From an uncultured Acidobacteriota bacterium (GTDB taxonomy: Bacteria; Acidobacteriota; Vicinamibacteria; Vicinamibacterales; UBA8438): 64,000 nt of DNA. The notes under the pieces were generated by a model. It saw only the letters and a list, made by a program, of their open reading frames with translations, was not told the DNA's origin and ran no database searches. Both the position numbers and the translations under genes were made by a program. How positions within the stretch are numbered: position 1 is the stretch's first letter; each line of letters begins with the position of its first letter. The stretch spans positions 32,001 to 96,000 of the forward strand of contig CAJWLU010000007.1 in the NCBI GenBank assembly GCA_913043225.1, written 5' to 3'. This document shows positions 46,053-55,830 of the stretch, piece after piece.

Positions 46053-46904
46053 ATGTTCGAAAACATCGACTACACGGTTGACGAGCCAATCGCCACCATC
46101 ACGCTGAACCGGCCGGACCGTCTCAACGCGCTGACCGGGCCGATGCTCCGCGAGCTGCAAGAGGCGGTGACCGCGGCCGAGGCAGACGAGCGGGTCGTCT
46201 CGATCCTGCTCACCGGCGCTGGTCGCGGCTTCTGCGCCGGAGCCGACATGGGCGGCCTGCAGGCCGCGAGCGAGGGCCAGGCGCGCTCGTCGATCACCCA
46301 CGATACCTCCGGTCGCCCCGGCGACTACGAGATGCTCGGCGAAGACTATGCGCTCGGCTACACCTACCTTATGGCGGTGCGGAAGCCGATCGTCGCCGCG
46401 GTCAATGGACCCTGTGCGGGTCTCGGTTTCGTGATCGCCATGCTGTGCGACATCCGGTTCGCTTCCGATAAGGCGCTCTTCACGACCGCCTTTGCCCAGC
46501 GTGGTCTCGTGGCCGAGCACGGCATCAGCTGGATCCTGCCGAGGCTGGTCGGCCCGGCACGCGCGCTTGATCTGCTGCTCAGCGCCAGGAAGATCGACGG
46601 CACCGAGGCGGAACGGCTGGGCCTCGTGAACCGAACAGTGCCCCACGAGCAGTTACTGGACGCCACCCGAGACTATCTAGTGACGATGTCAACGCGTTCG
46701 GCGCCACTGGCGCTTCAGACGATGAAGCACCAGGTCTACAAGCACCTAGACGCGCCGCTGGGTGGAGCGCTCCGCGAGTCAGCCGACCTCATGACCGCAA
46801 GCCTGACCCATACGGACTTCAAAGAAGGCGTCAACTCTTACGTCGAAAAGCGTCCGCCACGGTTCGCCCGAGTCACGGTGCCTGGTGACGGCGGCGAAGG
46901 TTAG
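46053..46904 (+). CDS. Enoyl-CoA hydratase/isomerase family protein
   Basis: ITLNRPDRLNAL, GRGFCAGAD, KPIVAAVNGPCAG, DFKEGV. Confidence 0.92.
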   Translation: MFENIDYTVDEPIATITLNRPDRLNALTGPMLRELQEAVTAAEADERVVSILLTGAGRGFCAGADMGGLQAASEGQARSSITHDTSGRPGDYEMLGEDYALGYTYLMAVRKPIVAAVNGPCAGLGFVIAMLCDIRFASDKALFTTAFAQRGLVAEHGISWILPRLVGPARALDLLLSARKIDGTEAERLGLVNRTVPHEQLLDATRDYLVTMSTRSAPLALQTMKHQVYKHLDAPLGGALRESADLMTASLTHTDFKEGVNSYVEKRPPRFARVTVPGDGGEG

Positions 46905-46924
46905 TAGCGGTCTGGGAAACTACG

Positions 46925-47683
46925 ATGACCCGTCAGGATGCGCGAAAACGCGACGAGCAGATCCTGCTTGAAGGTCCACACAGCCGGAGCCGCGACTTCC
47001 TGCTAGTCCTCCGGGCGGTGAAGGATTTCATCACCGGGTTCCGAGGTCTCCACTTCGTCGGCCCCTGTGTCACGGTGTTCGGTTCGGCCCGGTTCAAGGA
47101 AGACCACCCGTACTACGCCTTAGGACGGGACGTGGGCGCGGGACTGGCCGACATGGGGTTCACGGTGATGACCGGTGGAGGCCCTGGCCTCATGGAAGCC
47201 GCCAACCGTGGCGCCAAGGAAGCCGGCGGTCGCTCGGTCGCCTGCTCGATCCGGCTCCCGTCCGAAGAAGCGACCAACCCCTATCTAGATCGCTCGGTCC
47301 AGGCACACTACTTCTTCGTGCGGAAGGTGCTGCTGTTCAAATACTCGTATGCGTTCATCGCCTTGCCAGGCGGCTTCGGCACCATGGACGAATTATTCGA
47401 AGCGCTCACTCTCGTCCAGACCGGAAAGGTCGCCAGCTTCCCGATTGTGCTGATGGGCACCAGCTACTGGCGCCGGCTCTTGCACCTAATTCACAGGATG
47501 GAACGAGAGGGCGCGATCAGTCCGAAAGATCTGTCGCTGTGGCTGACGACCGACGACCTGGACGAAGCGCTCGCTCACGTCAAGAAACACACGATCGAGC
47601 GATTCGGTCTGCTAGAACGGCGGGTGCCAAGGCCGTCGCTGATCCTGGGCGAGCCGCGCGTCCCCGATCCCCGAGCGCCCTGA
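46925..47683 (+). CDS. LOG family (TIGR00730) Rossmann-fold protein
   Basis: VTVFGSAR, TGGGPGLMEAANRGA, FFVRK, PGGFGTMDE. Confidence 0.92.
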   Translation: MTRQDARKRDEQILLEGPHSRSRDFLLVLRAVKDFITGFRGLHFVGPCVTVFGSARFKEDHPYYALGRDVGAGLADMGFTVMTGGGPGLMEAANRGAKEAGGRSVACSIRLPSEEATNPYLDRSVQAHYFFVRKVLLFKYSYAFIALPGGFGTMDELFEALTLVQTGKVASFPIVLMGTSYWRRLLHLIHRMEREGAISPKDLSLWLTTDDLDEALAHVKKHTIERFGLLERRVPRPSLILGEPRVPDPRAP

Positions 47684-47688
47684 GCGGC

Positions 47689-48174
47689 TCAGGACGCGTC
47701 GACCGTGTGCACGAGCAGCACCGGGGGCTCACCGCGCCCGCCAAACTCCACTACGCCCCTGAGGCGGACCGGCCGGCCCGAGGCAGGCACCATTGCATCG
47801 CCTGCCTTTAGCCGCAGCACGGCGCCATTGGGGAGCTCGAGCTCCGGCATCTCCTCCCCCCCGACCACACCCACGGCGGTCACGTGAATCGCATCCGGGA
47901 TAAAACCAGCGTTGCGCACCGCGTCCCGGATCTCAATCAGATCGATTGCGGTGCCAGGCTCAGGAGTCACCACGACCTGGCCGTCATCGGCTCGCACGGC
48001 CACGGCCGCAACCTGGTCAATCCGACCCAACCGCCGCTCGAGCCCTTGCGCGCAGGAGGGACAGGACAACTCGACGTCGACCCGGGCCTCGACCATCCCA
48101 GAAGACTGGGCTGACAAGGTCACGAGCGCCACCATCGAGACCAGCACGGACGACACACGGAGACGTCTCCTCAT
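47689..48174 (-). CDS. Exported heavy-metal-associated (HMA) domain protein
   Basis: Signal peptide; LSCPSCAQGLERRL...IRDAVRNAGF plus extra C-terminal beta domain. Confidence 0.78.
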   Translation of the reverse strand: MRRRLRVSSVLVSMVALVTLSAQSSGMVEARVDVELSCPSCAQGLERRLGRIDQVAAVAVRADDGQVVVTPEPGTAIDLIEIRDAVRNAGFIPDAIHVTAVGVVGGEEMPELELPNGAVLRLKAGDAMVPASGRPVRLRGVVEFGGRGEPPVLLVHTVDAS

Positions 48175-48186
48175 GCTGTGCTCCCC

Positions 48187-49419
48187 TTACCGTAGGTCGA
48201 CCGCGATCAGCGTGTTGCTGTTGCGCACATACAGCCGACCCTCGGCAAGGGCCGGGTAGGCACGTACGACACCGCGGAGTATGCCCGCGCTCGCCAACAG
48301 ACGGTACCCGTCGGGCGAAGCCAACGCCAGCACCAGCTCCCCGGACTCTCGCATGATCACAAGGTGCTCGCCAGCGAGCGTCACGCTACCGGCACCATAT
48401 CGATCCTCGCTCCAGAGCACCTCGCCCGAATCGAGCTCAACCGCGCGTAGGCTCGGCCCGTACTCCTGCCGGCCATGAAACCCGTACAGCACACCGTCCC
48501 GCTGGACCGCGGTCGCGTAGTGATTCGTCATGCTCTCGTCGCCCACCCACTCGTCGACTAGCTCGCCGGCCGCGACCTGCACGAGCGCCGCGCCGGTACC
48601 ATAGCTAGACGAAATGAAGATACGGTTCCCGTTGACCAGCGGCGTGGCGGCGTTGACCGAGGCGCCGAGACGCGAGCGCCAGCGTTTCTCGAAGCGCACG
48701 CTGCCTGAAACCGGATCGAGACCGACCAACCCAGTCCGGGTAAAGAAAAGCGCATAAGGATCGCCGTCAAATGTCGCGCCGACCGGTGATGAGTAGCTCG
48801 CCTCGTCGGTGGTGGCGGTCCACAGCTCGTCCCCGGTCGCGGCGTCGAACGCAACGATGCCGCCCTGCTGTCCGCCGACGTTGGCGATGACCCGTCCGTC
48901 GGAAACCAGGGGTGACCCGGCCGCCCCGAAGAACCCTTTGCGTACCTGGTACCGGTCGTGCGTGTCGACGCTCCAGAGCGCCGCGCCCGTAGTCAGATCC
49001 ACGGCATGCAGCTGACCTTGCGCGCCGAAGGTGTACACGATGCCGTCTTCTATGACCGGCACCGAACGGGGTCCTTCGTCGAACCCGAAGTCGTCACGGT
49101 AGGTGGTTCGGTAGGCGTGGGTCCAGACCGTCGCCCCGTTGGCGACATTGATACCCTCGAGGACCTCTTCACCGCCACGCCGATGAAAGAGCGCTAGACG
49201 GTCGCCGACGACCACCGGACCGGCAAAACCCGCCCCGATCTCGCGCTCCCACAGCACGGTGGGGCCGTCAGCCGGCCAGCTGGTGGAAAGCGCGGGCCCC
49301 GTGTAGACGCCATCACGAGCCGGACCAAGAAACTGCGGCCAGTCCTGCGCCGCGAGCGCGGCTCCCGCCAGCAGCACTGCTCCAGCCAGCCCAACGGCTC
49401 CCCTCTCCACCTGCTTCAT
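48187..49419 (-). CDS. PQQ-binding-like beta-propeller protein
   Basis: DWPQFLGPARDG, GPRSVP, GSPLV, ASYSSP, YPALAEGRLYVR. Confidence 0.88.
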   Translation of the reverse strand: MKQVERGAVGLAGAVLLAGAALAAQDWPQFLGPARDGVYTGPALSTSWPADGPTVLWEREIGAGFAGPVVVGDRLALFHRRGGEEVLEGINVANGATVWTHAYRTTYRDDFGFDEGPRSVPVIEDGIVYTFGAQGQLHAVDLTTGAALWSVDTHDRYQVRKGFFGAAGSPLVSDGRVIANVGGQQGGIVAFDAATGDELWTATTDEASYSSPVGATFDGDPYALFFTRTGLVGLDPVSGSVRFEKRWRSRLGASVNAATPLVNGNRIFISSSYGTGAALVQVAAGELVDEWVGDESMTNHYATAVQRDGVLYGFHGRQEYGPSLRAVELDSGEVLWSEDRYGAGSVTLAGEHLVIMRESGELVLALASPDGYRLLASAGILRGVVRAYPALAEGRLYVRNSNTLIAVDLR

Positions 49420-49551
49420 GCCGCCTCCCTCACGATGGCTGCGATTATACGAGCGCGTCTCACCAGGGCGGTCACTTTTGCCAGAGGCCCTGGCGATGAC
49501 GTAGGCTGTGAGGCACCAAGCTGGCGTGATGCGCTGGCCGGGTCGCTATCG

Positions 49552-50388
49552 ATGACCGCACCGTCCGCTCGCCGATCCCGTGTGACGTCGCTGCTGGCCC
49601 TACTGCTGGTCGCTGGCAGCGCGGCAACCGCGAGCGCACAGTATTTCCGCGAGGGCAACTTCCCCGCCCGCTGGCCGCCCCCGTCGATGCCGGACCGCGA
49701 CTTCGCGTTCTGCAAGCTGGCCTACACCAGCGTGCGATACGAAGAGCTCGGGATGGGGTGGCGCACCGACTACCCGTATGCGGGCATTAACTTGATGTTC
49801 CGGTTCTCGGAACTGACCACGGCGTCGATCAGCACCGACCGAAGGGGAGAGCCCAATCACTGGGTCGTCACCCTGACCGATCGCGAACTCTTTAACTGCC
49901 CGTTCGTCATGGCGGCCGACGTTGGCACCATCGGGCTGAACGGCGAGGAGGTCACCCGGCTCCGTGATTACCTGCTGAAGGGCGGATTCCTGTGGGTCGA
50001 CGACTTTTGGGGCTCGCGCGCGTGGGAGCACTGGACCTCGGAGATAGCTAGGGTGCTTCCGCCGGCCGAATATCCCATCTACGATGTCCCGCTGGAACAT
50101 CCGGTATTCCGCACCCTATCGTTTGTCGAGAAGGTACCGCAGATCACGGCGATCCAGTTCTGGGGCTGGAACGGAGGTAACACCTCGGAGCGTGGTGCGG
50201 ACAGCGCCGAGGCGCACCTGCGCGCCATCACCGACGAGGACGGCCGCATCCTGGTCCTGATGTCGCACAACACCGACGTGGCCGACGCCTGGGAGCGCGA
50301 GGGTGAGGACCCGCGGTTCTTTGAACGCTTCTCTCCAGACGGCTACGGGCTCGGCATCAACGTGCTCCTCTACGCAATGAGCCACTGA
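49552..50388 (+). CDS. DUF4159 family exported protein
   Basis: WRTDYP, LRDYLLKGGFLWVDDFWG, NTDVADAWE, GINVLLYAMSH. Confidence 0.88.
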   Translation: MTAPSARRSRVTSLLALLLVAGSAATASAQYFREGNFPARWPPPSMPDRDFAFCKLAYTSVRYEELGMGWRTDYPYAGINLMFRFSELTTASISTDRRGEPNHWVVTLTDRELFNCPFVMAADVGTIGLNGEEVTRLRDYLLKGGFLWVDDFWGSRAWEHWTSEIARVLPPAEYPIYDVPLEHPVFRTLSFVEKVPQITAIQFWGWNGGNTSERGADSAEAHLRAITDEDGRILVLMSHNTDVADAWEREGEDPRFFERFSPDGYGLGINVLLYAMSH

Positions 50389-50458
50389 GGCAGATCTCTT
50401 CGGTCCGTCGCGACCAGCCTCGACTTGCCAGACGCCGCACGTTCGCGTCGACAACACC

Positions 50459-50929
50459 ATGGCAAACACCGACGCACGAGAGTTTCAGGAACAGATCCTA
50501 GCGGCGGCCCGCAAGGTCCCTTTCTTTAACCTCGTGGGTCTCGAAGTGATTGAGGTTGCCCCCGGTCGCTCCACCACTCAGATGTCCTGGCGCGAAGATC
50601 TGGCCGGTCCGGGGGGACTGATTCATGGCGGCATGATCGCGTCACTGATCGATACCGGAACCGCCTATGCTCTGCTCCTGACCGACGAACTGCGCGATTC
50701 ATTACTGGCCGGTCGTGGTCTAGTCACCGTTGATCTCCGGGTGAAATACCTCCGGCCAGTGGCCGCCGGCCGGATCACGTGCGTATCGACGGCCACCCGG
50801 GTCGGCCGCAAGATCATCCATACCGACGCCATCGTCACCAACGACGATGACAGAGAGGTCGCCAGAGGCGACGCGCTCTACACAACCGTCGACGCCGGTC
50901 ATGGCCTCCAACATACGTCTAGTTCCTGA
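50459..50929 (+). CDS. PaaI family thioesterase
   Basis: HGGMIASLIDT, TVDLRVKYLRP. Confidence 0.9.
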   Translation: MANTDAREFQEQILAAARKVPFFNLVGLEVIEVAPGRSTTQMSWREDLAGPGGLIHGGMIASLIDTGTAYALLLTDELRDSLLAGRGLVTVDLRVKYLRPVAAGRITCVSTATRVGRKIIHTDAIVTNDDDREVARGDALYTTVDAGHGLQHTSSS

Positions 50930-51055
50930 ACTACTCTTGGGTATTCGACGCCCAATCGTCATCCAAAGCGCTAGAACGAGCGGCGCCGACCGCCTACCCC
51001 TGGGCAGCGTCGTCAGCAAGTCGAACCGCGACGGCACCGTAGAATAGGCCCTCAC

Positions 51056-52483
51056 ATGACGACAGCCACCACCCTTGTCGACCTATCAGCCTGCGAGCTG
51101 CGCAAGGAGATCGGCCACCAGCACGTCTCGGCCCGCGAGGTCGTCGAGGTGCACCTGGCCCGGATCGAAGCCGTGAATCCGAAGCTGAACGCCATCGTCA
51201 CCGTGGTCGCCGACCACGCTCGCGCGGCCGCGGCGGCCGCCGACGAGGCCCAGGCTCAGGGTCGCGACCTAGGTCTGCTACATGGCTTGCCGATCGTGCA
51301 CAAGGACCTGTTTGTGACCGCCGGTGTGCGGACGACGTTCGGCTCACCCGTGTTCGCCGACCATGTCCCGGCCGAGACAGCCCTAATCGTACAGCGTGAG
51401 CGTGCGGCAGGAGCCATCAGCCTCGGCAAGACCAATACGCCGGAGCTTGGCGCCGGCTCGCAGACCTTTAACACCGTCTTCGGCGCCACGGCAAACCCCT
51501 ACGCGATCGACCGCACCTGCGGAGGAAGCAGCGGGGGTTCGGCGGTCGCGCTAGCCACCTGTATGACGTCGCTCGCCGATGGCAGCGACCTCGGAGGATC
51601 GCTCCGCAACCCCGCCAGTTTCTGCAACGTGGTCGGCCTTCGTCCGACACCGGGCCGAGTACCGCGCTGGCCCAACCCTGCTCCGCGTTTTCCCTTCAAC
51701 GTCCATGGACCAATGGGCCGCACGGTGGCCGACGTAGCGCTTCTACTGGACGCGATCTCCGGGCCGGACCCGCGCGATCCACTATCCCGGGAGTGGCCGG
51801 CCGCGCCAGTCAGCGGGCAGCTTGAACGAGACCTGACCAACGTCCGGGTGGCCTGGAGCCAGACCTTGGGCGGCCTGCCCGTGGAACCGGCCGTGCTGAC
51901 GGCACTTGCGCCAGTCCGGCAACAGCTCGAAGAGCTCGGCTGCGTCACCGAAGAGGCGGAGCCCGACCTGTCGGGCGCCGACGACATCTTCGTGATCTGG
52001 CGAGCGTGGTATTTCGAGCTGGCATTCGGGGACCTGCTCGACCGGCACCGTGACCAACTCAAGGACACGGTGGTCTGGAACATCGAAGCGGGGCGTGCGC
52101 TCACCGGTCCGCAACTCGGGGCCGCCGAACGTCTCCGCACCGCGCTTGACGAACGCTGCCGCAAGTTCCAGGAGCAGTTCCCGTTTCTAGTGCTACCCGT
52201 CTGCCAAGTCGTCCCGTTCCCGATCGACCAACCCTATGTCACTCAGATCAACGACGTGGCGCTGGACACCTATCTCGACTGGATGAAATCCTGCTACCAC
52301 ATTAGCGTGACTGAACTGCCCGCCGTGTCGGTCCCGGCAGGCTTCACTCCAGACGGCCTCCCGGTGGGCCTGCAGGTTGTGGGTCGGCCTGGCGACGAGC
52401 TCGGTGTCCTGCAGCTGGCCCACGCCATCGAACAGGCCTCCGGCACCTCCCTGCGTCGGCCTGTGATCGAATACTCATCATGA
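51056..52483 (+). CDS. Amidase (amidase signature family)
   Basis: HKD, GKTNTPE, GGSSGGSA, GSDLGGSLRNPA. Confidence 0.93.
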   Translation: MTTATTLVDLSACELRKEIGHQHVSAREVVEVHLARIEAVNPKLNAIVTVVADHARAAAAAADEAQAQGRDLGLLHGLPIVHKDLFVTAGVRTTFGSPVFADHVPAETALIVQRERAAGAISLGKTNTPELGAGSQTFNTVFGATANPYAIDRTCGGSSGGSAVALATCMTSLADGSDLGGSLRNPASFCNVVGLRPTPGRVPRWPNPAPRFPFNVHGPMGRTVADVALLLDAISGPDPRDPLSREWPAAPVSGQLERDLTNVRVAWSQTLGGLPVEPAVLTALAPVRQQLEELGCVTEEAEPDLSGADDIFVIWRAWYFELAFGDLLDRHRDQLKDTVVWNIEAGRALTGPQLGAAERLRTALDERCRKFQEQFPFLVLPVCQVVPFPIDQPYVTQINDVALDTYLDWMKSCYHISVTELPAVSVPAGFTPDGLPVGLQVVGRPGDELGVLQLAHAIEQASGTSLRRPVIEYSS

Positions 52484-53211
52484 ACGATACGCTCTCGCTC
52501 CTGAACCGCCACCGCAGCATCCGTCACTACACCGACGACCCGCTTCTCGAGGGGGACGTACGCGCGGCGGTCGCGGCCGGTCAGCGCGCCTCGACCAGCA
52601 GTGCCATCGAGGCGTATTGCTGCATCCGTATCCGGAGCGCCGAAACCCGGCAACGGCTCGTCACCCTGACCGGGGGCCAGACGAAAGTCGCCGACGCCGC
52701 AGGATTCTTCGTCATCTGTGGCGACACCCGCCGGCACCGGTTGGCAGCTGAACGAGCCGGCCGACCGTACGACTCCCGGCTCGAGGCGTTCCTGCTCGCG
52801 GTCATCGACGCGACGCTCTTCGCCCAGAACATGGCGCTCGCCTTTGAATCGCTCGGTTACGGCTTCTGCTATGTCGGCGGGCTCCGCAACCGGCTGCCCG
52901 AAGCGAGCGAGGCCCTCGACCTGCCACGCGGCGTGTACCCGCTCTTCGGCATCTGCGTAGGCCGTCCCGCCGAAACACCGATCGAACGACCTCGATTCGC
53001 GCTCGACGATGTGCTCCACGAAGAGCGCTACCCTGACGACGCCCAGGTTCTGCGCACCCTCGACGCACACGACGAAGCGGCGGCTATTTACTACGACAAG
53101 CGGGGGAACGAGATGCCGCGGTGGACTGAACGGATGATCGAGAAGTTCGAAACGCCGATCCGAACCCACCTCAGCAGCTACTACCGCGGCCAAGGCGCCG
53201 ACCTCACCTGA
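52480..53211 (+). CDS. NfsA/FRP-type nitroreductase
   Basis: HRSIRHY, RASTSS, IDATLFAQN, YVGGLRN, PLFGICVG, RPR; ATGA overlap with the amidase. Confidence 0.88.
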   Translation: MNDTLSLLNRHRSIRHYTDDPLLEGDVRAAVAAGQRASTSSAIEAYCCIRIRSAETRQRLVTLTGGQTKVADAAGFFVICGDTRRHRLAAERAGRPYDSRLEAFLLAVIDATLFAQNMALAFESLGYGFCYVGGLRNRLPEASEALDLPRGVYPLFGICVGRPAETPIERPRFALDDVLHEERYPDDAQVLRTLDAHDEAAAIYYDKRGNEMPRWTERMIEKFETPIRTHLSSYYRGQGADLT

Positions 53212-53282
53212 GGGGCTCGGGATGGCGGACGCTAGACGAAAGTGATACAACGCTCCTCACGGTCCATAGGGGTCACCTCCGT

Positions 53283-53440
53283 ACGGCAGCCATCGGGCTG
53301 GCACCGGGCAGACCGTCGTGGACATTGGAGCCGGTACCTGGCGCATCACCAGATTGATAACCGAGGCGGTCGGCCCCAAGGGGCGAGTCTATGCGATGAA
53401 CATCACCCAAGAACTGCTCGGCCACGTGCACGCCGGCAAA
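53283..53440 (+). pseudogene. Decayed class I methyltransferase fragment
   Basis: AAIGLAPG(frameshift)QTVVDIGAGTWRITRLITEAVGPKGRVYAMNITQELLGHV, then homology is lost. Confidence 0.7.
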
Positions 53441-53593
53441 GGCACGGTGACCGACGAGAGCAAGAAGGCGAGGGTCACACTCGCAGCCGAGATTCCAATG
53501 GCCCAGTGCCAGTAATGTCTGATGTTTCGCAAGCGCTGACCGGGGGCAGAACCTCCTAGGATAGGATCCGCTGACGCACTCAGGAGAGAACTG

Positions 53594-55771
53594 ATGCAGA
53601 ACCGACTGACACGGGGACTCGCCGTAACCGGCCTGCCCCTTCTGATCGCTGCCGGCGCGGCTTGGCTGTCGCCGGACGTAACCGCGCAGATGTCCATAGA
53701 CGCGGACGACATCGGCGGCGTGGTCCGAAGTAACTCCGGTCCCGAGGCGGGGGTCTGGGTCATCGCCGAGACCGACGACCTCGATACTAGATTCCGCAAG
53801 ATCGTCGTGACCGACGTCCAGGGGCGTTACGTCGTGCCGGATCTCCCGACCGCCGAGTATCAGCTCTGGGTCCGAGGCTACGGCCTGGCCGACTCGATTC
53901 CGGTACGCGGTCGTCCCGGCGCGACGGTTGACCTGCGCGCTTCCGCCGCCGCATCTCCTAAAGAAGCGGCGGAAGTCTACCCGGCCAACTACTGGTATTC
54001 CCTGGTTGAAGTGCCACCACCCAGCGAGTTCCCAGGCACCGGCGAAAATGGCAACGGGATCTCGCCCGGAATGCGGAATCAGGCCGCCTGGATCGACGGC
54101 TTGAAGCAGGGCTGCCAGCTCTGTCACCAGCTCGGCAACGAAGCCACCCGCGAAATCCTGAATCCGAGCAACTACGACTCGACCGAGGCTGCCTGGGCCC
54201 ATCGCGTGCGGGCCGGACAGCGCGGCAGCATGATGGAAGGCTACCTGCGACGATTCGGCGAAGACCGAGCGGTGTCGATGTACGCCGAGTGGACCGACCG
54301 GATCATGGCCGGTGAGGTGCCAGACGCGCCGCCACGGCCACAGGGCCTCGAGCGCAACGTCGTGCTCACCATGTGGGAATGGGGCGGCGAAACCGCCTAC
54401 ATCCATGACGAGATCGCGACCGACAAGCGTGACCCGACGATCAACGCCGGTGGACCGATCTACGGCGTGGAGTTCGCGAACGATAAGCTGGTGTGGGTTG
54501 ACCCGAACACCAACGAAGCGCACGAGGTCCACATCCCGGTGCGCGACACCCCTGGCGAAGGCGACTTCGGATCGTATATCGACCAGGAGAACCTCGAACC
54601 CTCGATCTACTGGGGTGACGAGCTGATCTGGGACAATCCGGGCAATCCACACAACCCGATGATGGATGCCGACGGACGGATCTGGATGACCCATCAGATT
54701 CGGGGCCCGGGCAATCCGGCCTGGTGCCGGGAAGGTTCAGCGAATCCATATGCCCAGCACTACCCGATGAACCGGGCCGCCAGGCACGCCGCCTACTACG
54801 AGCCGGCGACCGAGGACGTCGAGCTGATCGACACCTGCTTCAACACTCATCATCTCCAGTTCGGGTACGAGGATGTGGAGCGGCTCTACTTCAGCTCGGT
54901 CGGTCCGGTGATCGGCTGGCTGGACGTAGAGGTCTACGAGGAGACCGGTGACGCAGAGGCTGCCCAAGGCTGGTGCCCGATCATCGTCGACACCAACGGC
55001 GACGGCCGGATCACCGAGTGGGTCAACCGCGCCGGCGAGCTCGACCCGACCAAGGACAAGGAGATGGGCGGGGGTTGGTATGGCATCGTGCCAGACCCGA
55101 CCGCCGAGAACGTCGTCTGGGCCGCCTCGGGCGGCGTACCTGGGCAGATCGTGCGGCTCGAAGTAGGAAACAACCCGCCCGAGACCTGCATGGCCGAGTA
55201 CTACCAGCCGCCGTTTGAGAACGCCGATGCTCCGATACAGGGCTACTCACCGCGGGGCATCGACATCACGACCGATGGGATCGTCTGGACGGCGCTGTCA
55301 GGCAGCGGACACATGGCCAGCTTCGACCGCAGTCAGTGCACCGTTCTCAACGGACCAACCGCGACCGGCCAGCACTGCCCGGACGGATGGATGCTGCATG
55401 CCACCCCTGGGCCTCAGATGAAGGGGGTCACCGATCATGGCAGCGCAGACTTCCACTACTACAACTGGGTAGATCAGTACGACACCCTGGGCCTCGGGCC
55501 GAACATCCCGATCGCGACGGGCAGCACGTCGGATTCGCTCCTCGCCTTCCTCCCTGAAGACGAAGAATTCGTGATTCTTCGAGTCCCCTATCCGATGGGG
55601 TTCTACTCGCGTGGGATGGACGGCCGCATCGATGACCCGGATGCCGGCTGGAAGGGCCGTGGCGTATGGGCCGACTACGGCACCAACGCCGTCTGGCACA
55701 CCGAGGGCGGCAAGGGCACGCAGAGCAATCTGGTCAAGTTCCAGATCCGGCCCGACCCGCTCGCTCACTAG
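53594..55771 (+). CDS. Exported carboxypeptidase-regulatory-like domain + c-type heme (CxxCH) + beta-propeller-like protein
   Basis: AGGAG SD, signal peptide; GPEAGVWVIAET, WVRGYGL, CQLCHQ, several additional Cys and His. Confidence 0.85.
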   Translation: MQNRLTRGLAVTGLPLLIAAGAAWLSPDVTAQMSIDADDIGGVVRSNSGPEAGVWVIAETDDLDTRFRKIVVTDVQGRYVVPDLPTAEYQLWVRGYGLADSIPVRGRPGATVDLRASAAASPKEAAEVYPANYWYSLVEVPPPSEFPGTGENGNGISPGMRNQAAWIDGLKQGCQLCHQLGNEATREILNPSNYDSTEAAWAHRVRAGQRGSMMEGYLRRFGEDRAVSMYAEWTDRIMAGEVPDAPPRPQGLERNVVLTMWEWGGETAYIHDEIATDKRDPTINAGGPIYGVEFANDKLVWVDPNTNEAHEVHIPVRDTPGEGDFGSYIDQENLEPSIYWGDELIWDNPGNPHNPMMDADGRIWMTHQIRGPGNPAWCREGSANPYAQHYPMNRAARHAAYYEPATEDVELIDTCFNTHHLQFGYEDVERLYFSSVGPVIGWLDVEVYEETGDAEAAQGWCPIIVDTNGDGRITEWVNRAGELDPTKDKEMGGGWYGIVPDPTAENVVWAASGGVPGQIVRLEVGNNPPETCMAEYYQPPFENADAPIQGYSPRGIDITTDGIVWTALSGSGHMASFDRSQCTVLNGPTATGQHCPDGWMLHATPGPQMKGVTDHGSADFHYYNWVDQYDTLGLGPNIPIATGSTSDSLLAFLPEDEEFVILRVPYPMGFYSRGMDGRIDDPDAGWKGRGVWADYGTNAVWHTEGGKGTQSNLVKFQIRPDPLAH

Positions 55772-55779
55772 CGCACGTC

Positions 55780-55812
55780 GGCGGAGGCGAGACTCGACGT
55801 CTCGCCTCCGCC
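55780..55812. terminator. Perfect 14-bp hairpin between the heme protein and patatin genes
   Basis: GGCGGAGGCGAGAC-TCGAC-GTCTCGCCTCCGCC; no U-tract, so possibly an RNA-stabilising element. Confidence 0.5.
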
Positions 55813-55830
55813 CCACCGGCGACGTCCTAG

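Noticed and set aside
52437..52447. CCTCCGGCACC matching the tRNA-Leu 3' end (possible attR)
   Set aside because: Only 11 bp, inside the amidase CDS, and no integrase in the window; chance match is likely
53273..54694. 473-aa minus-strand ORF and similar long shadow ORFs (37763-38932, 38938-39954, 52294-53250, 57562-58611)
   Set aside because: They lie antisense to well-supported genes, have no recognisable motifs and are expected in high-GC DNA
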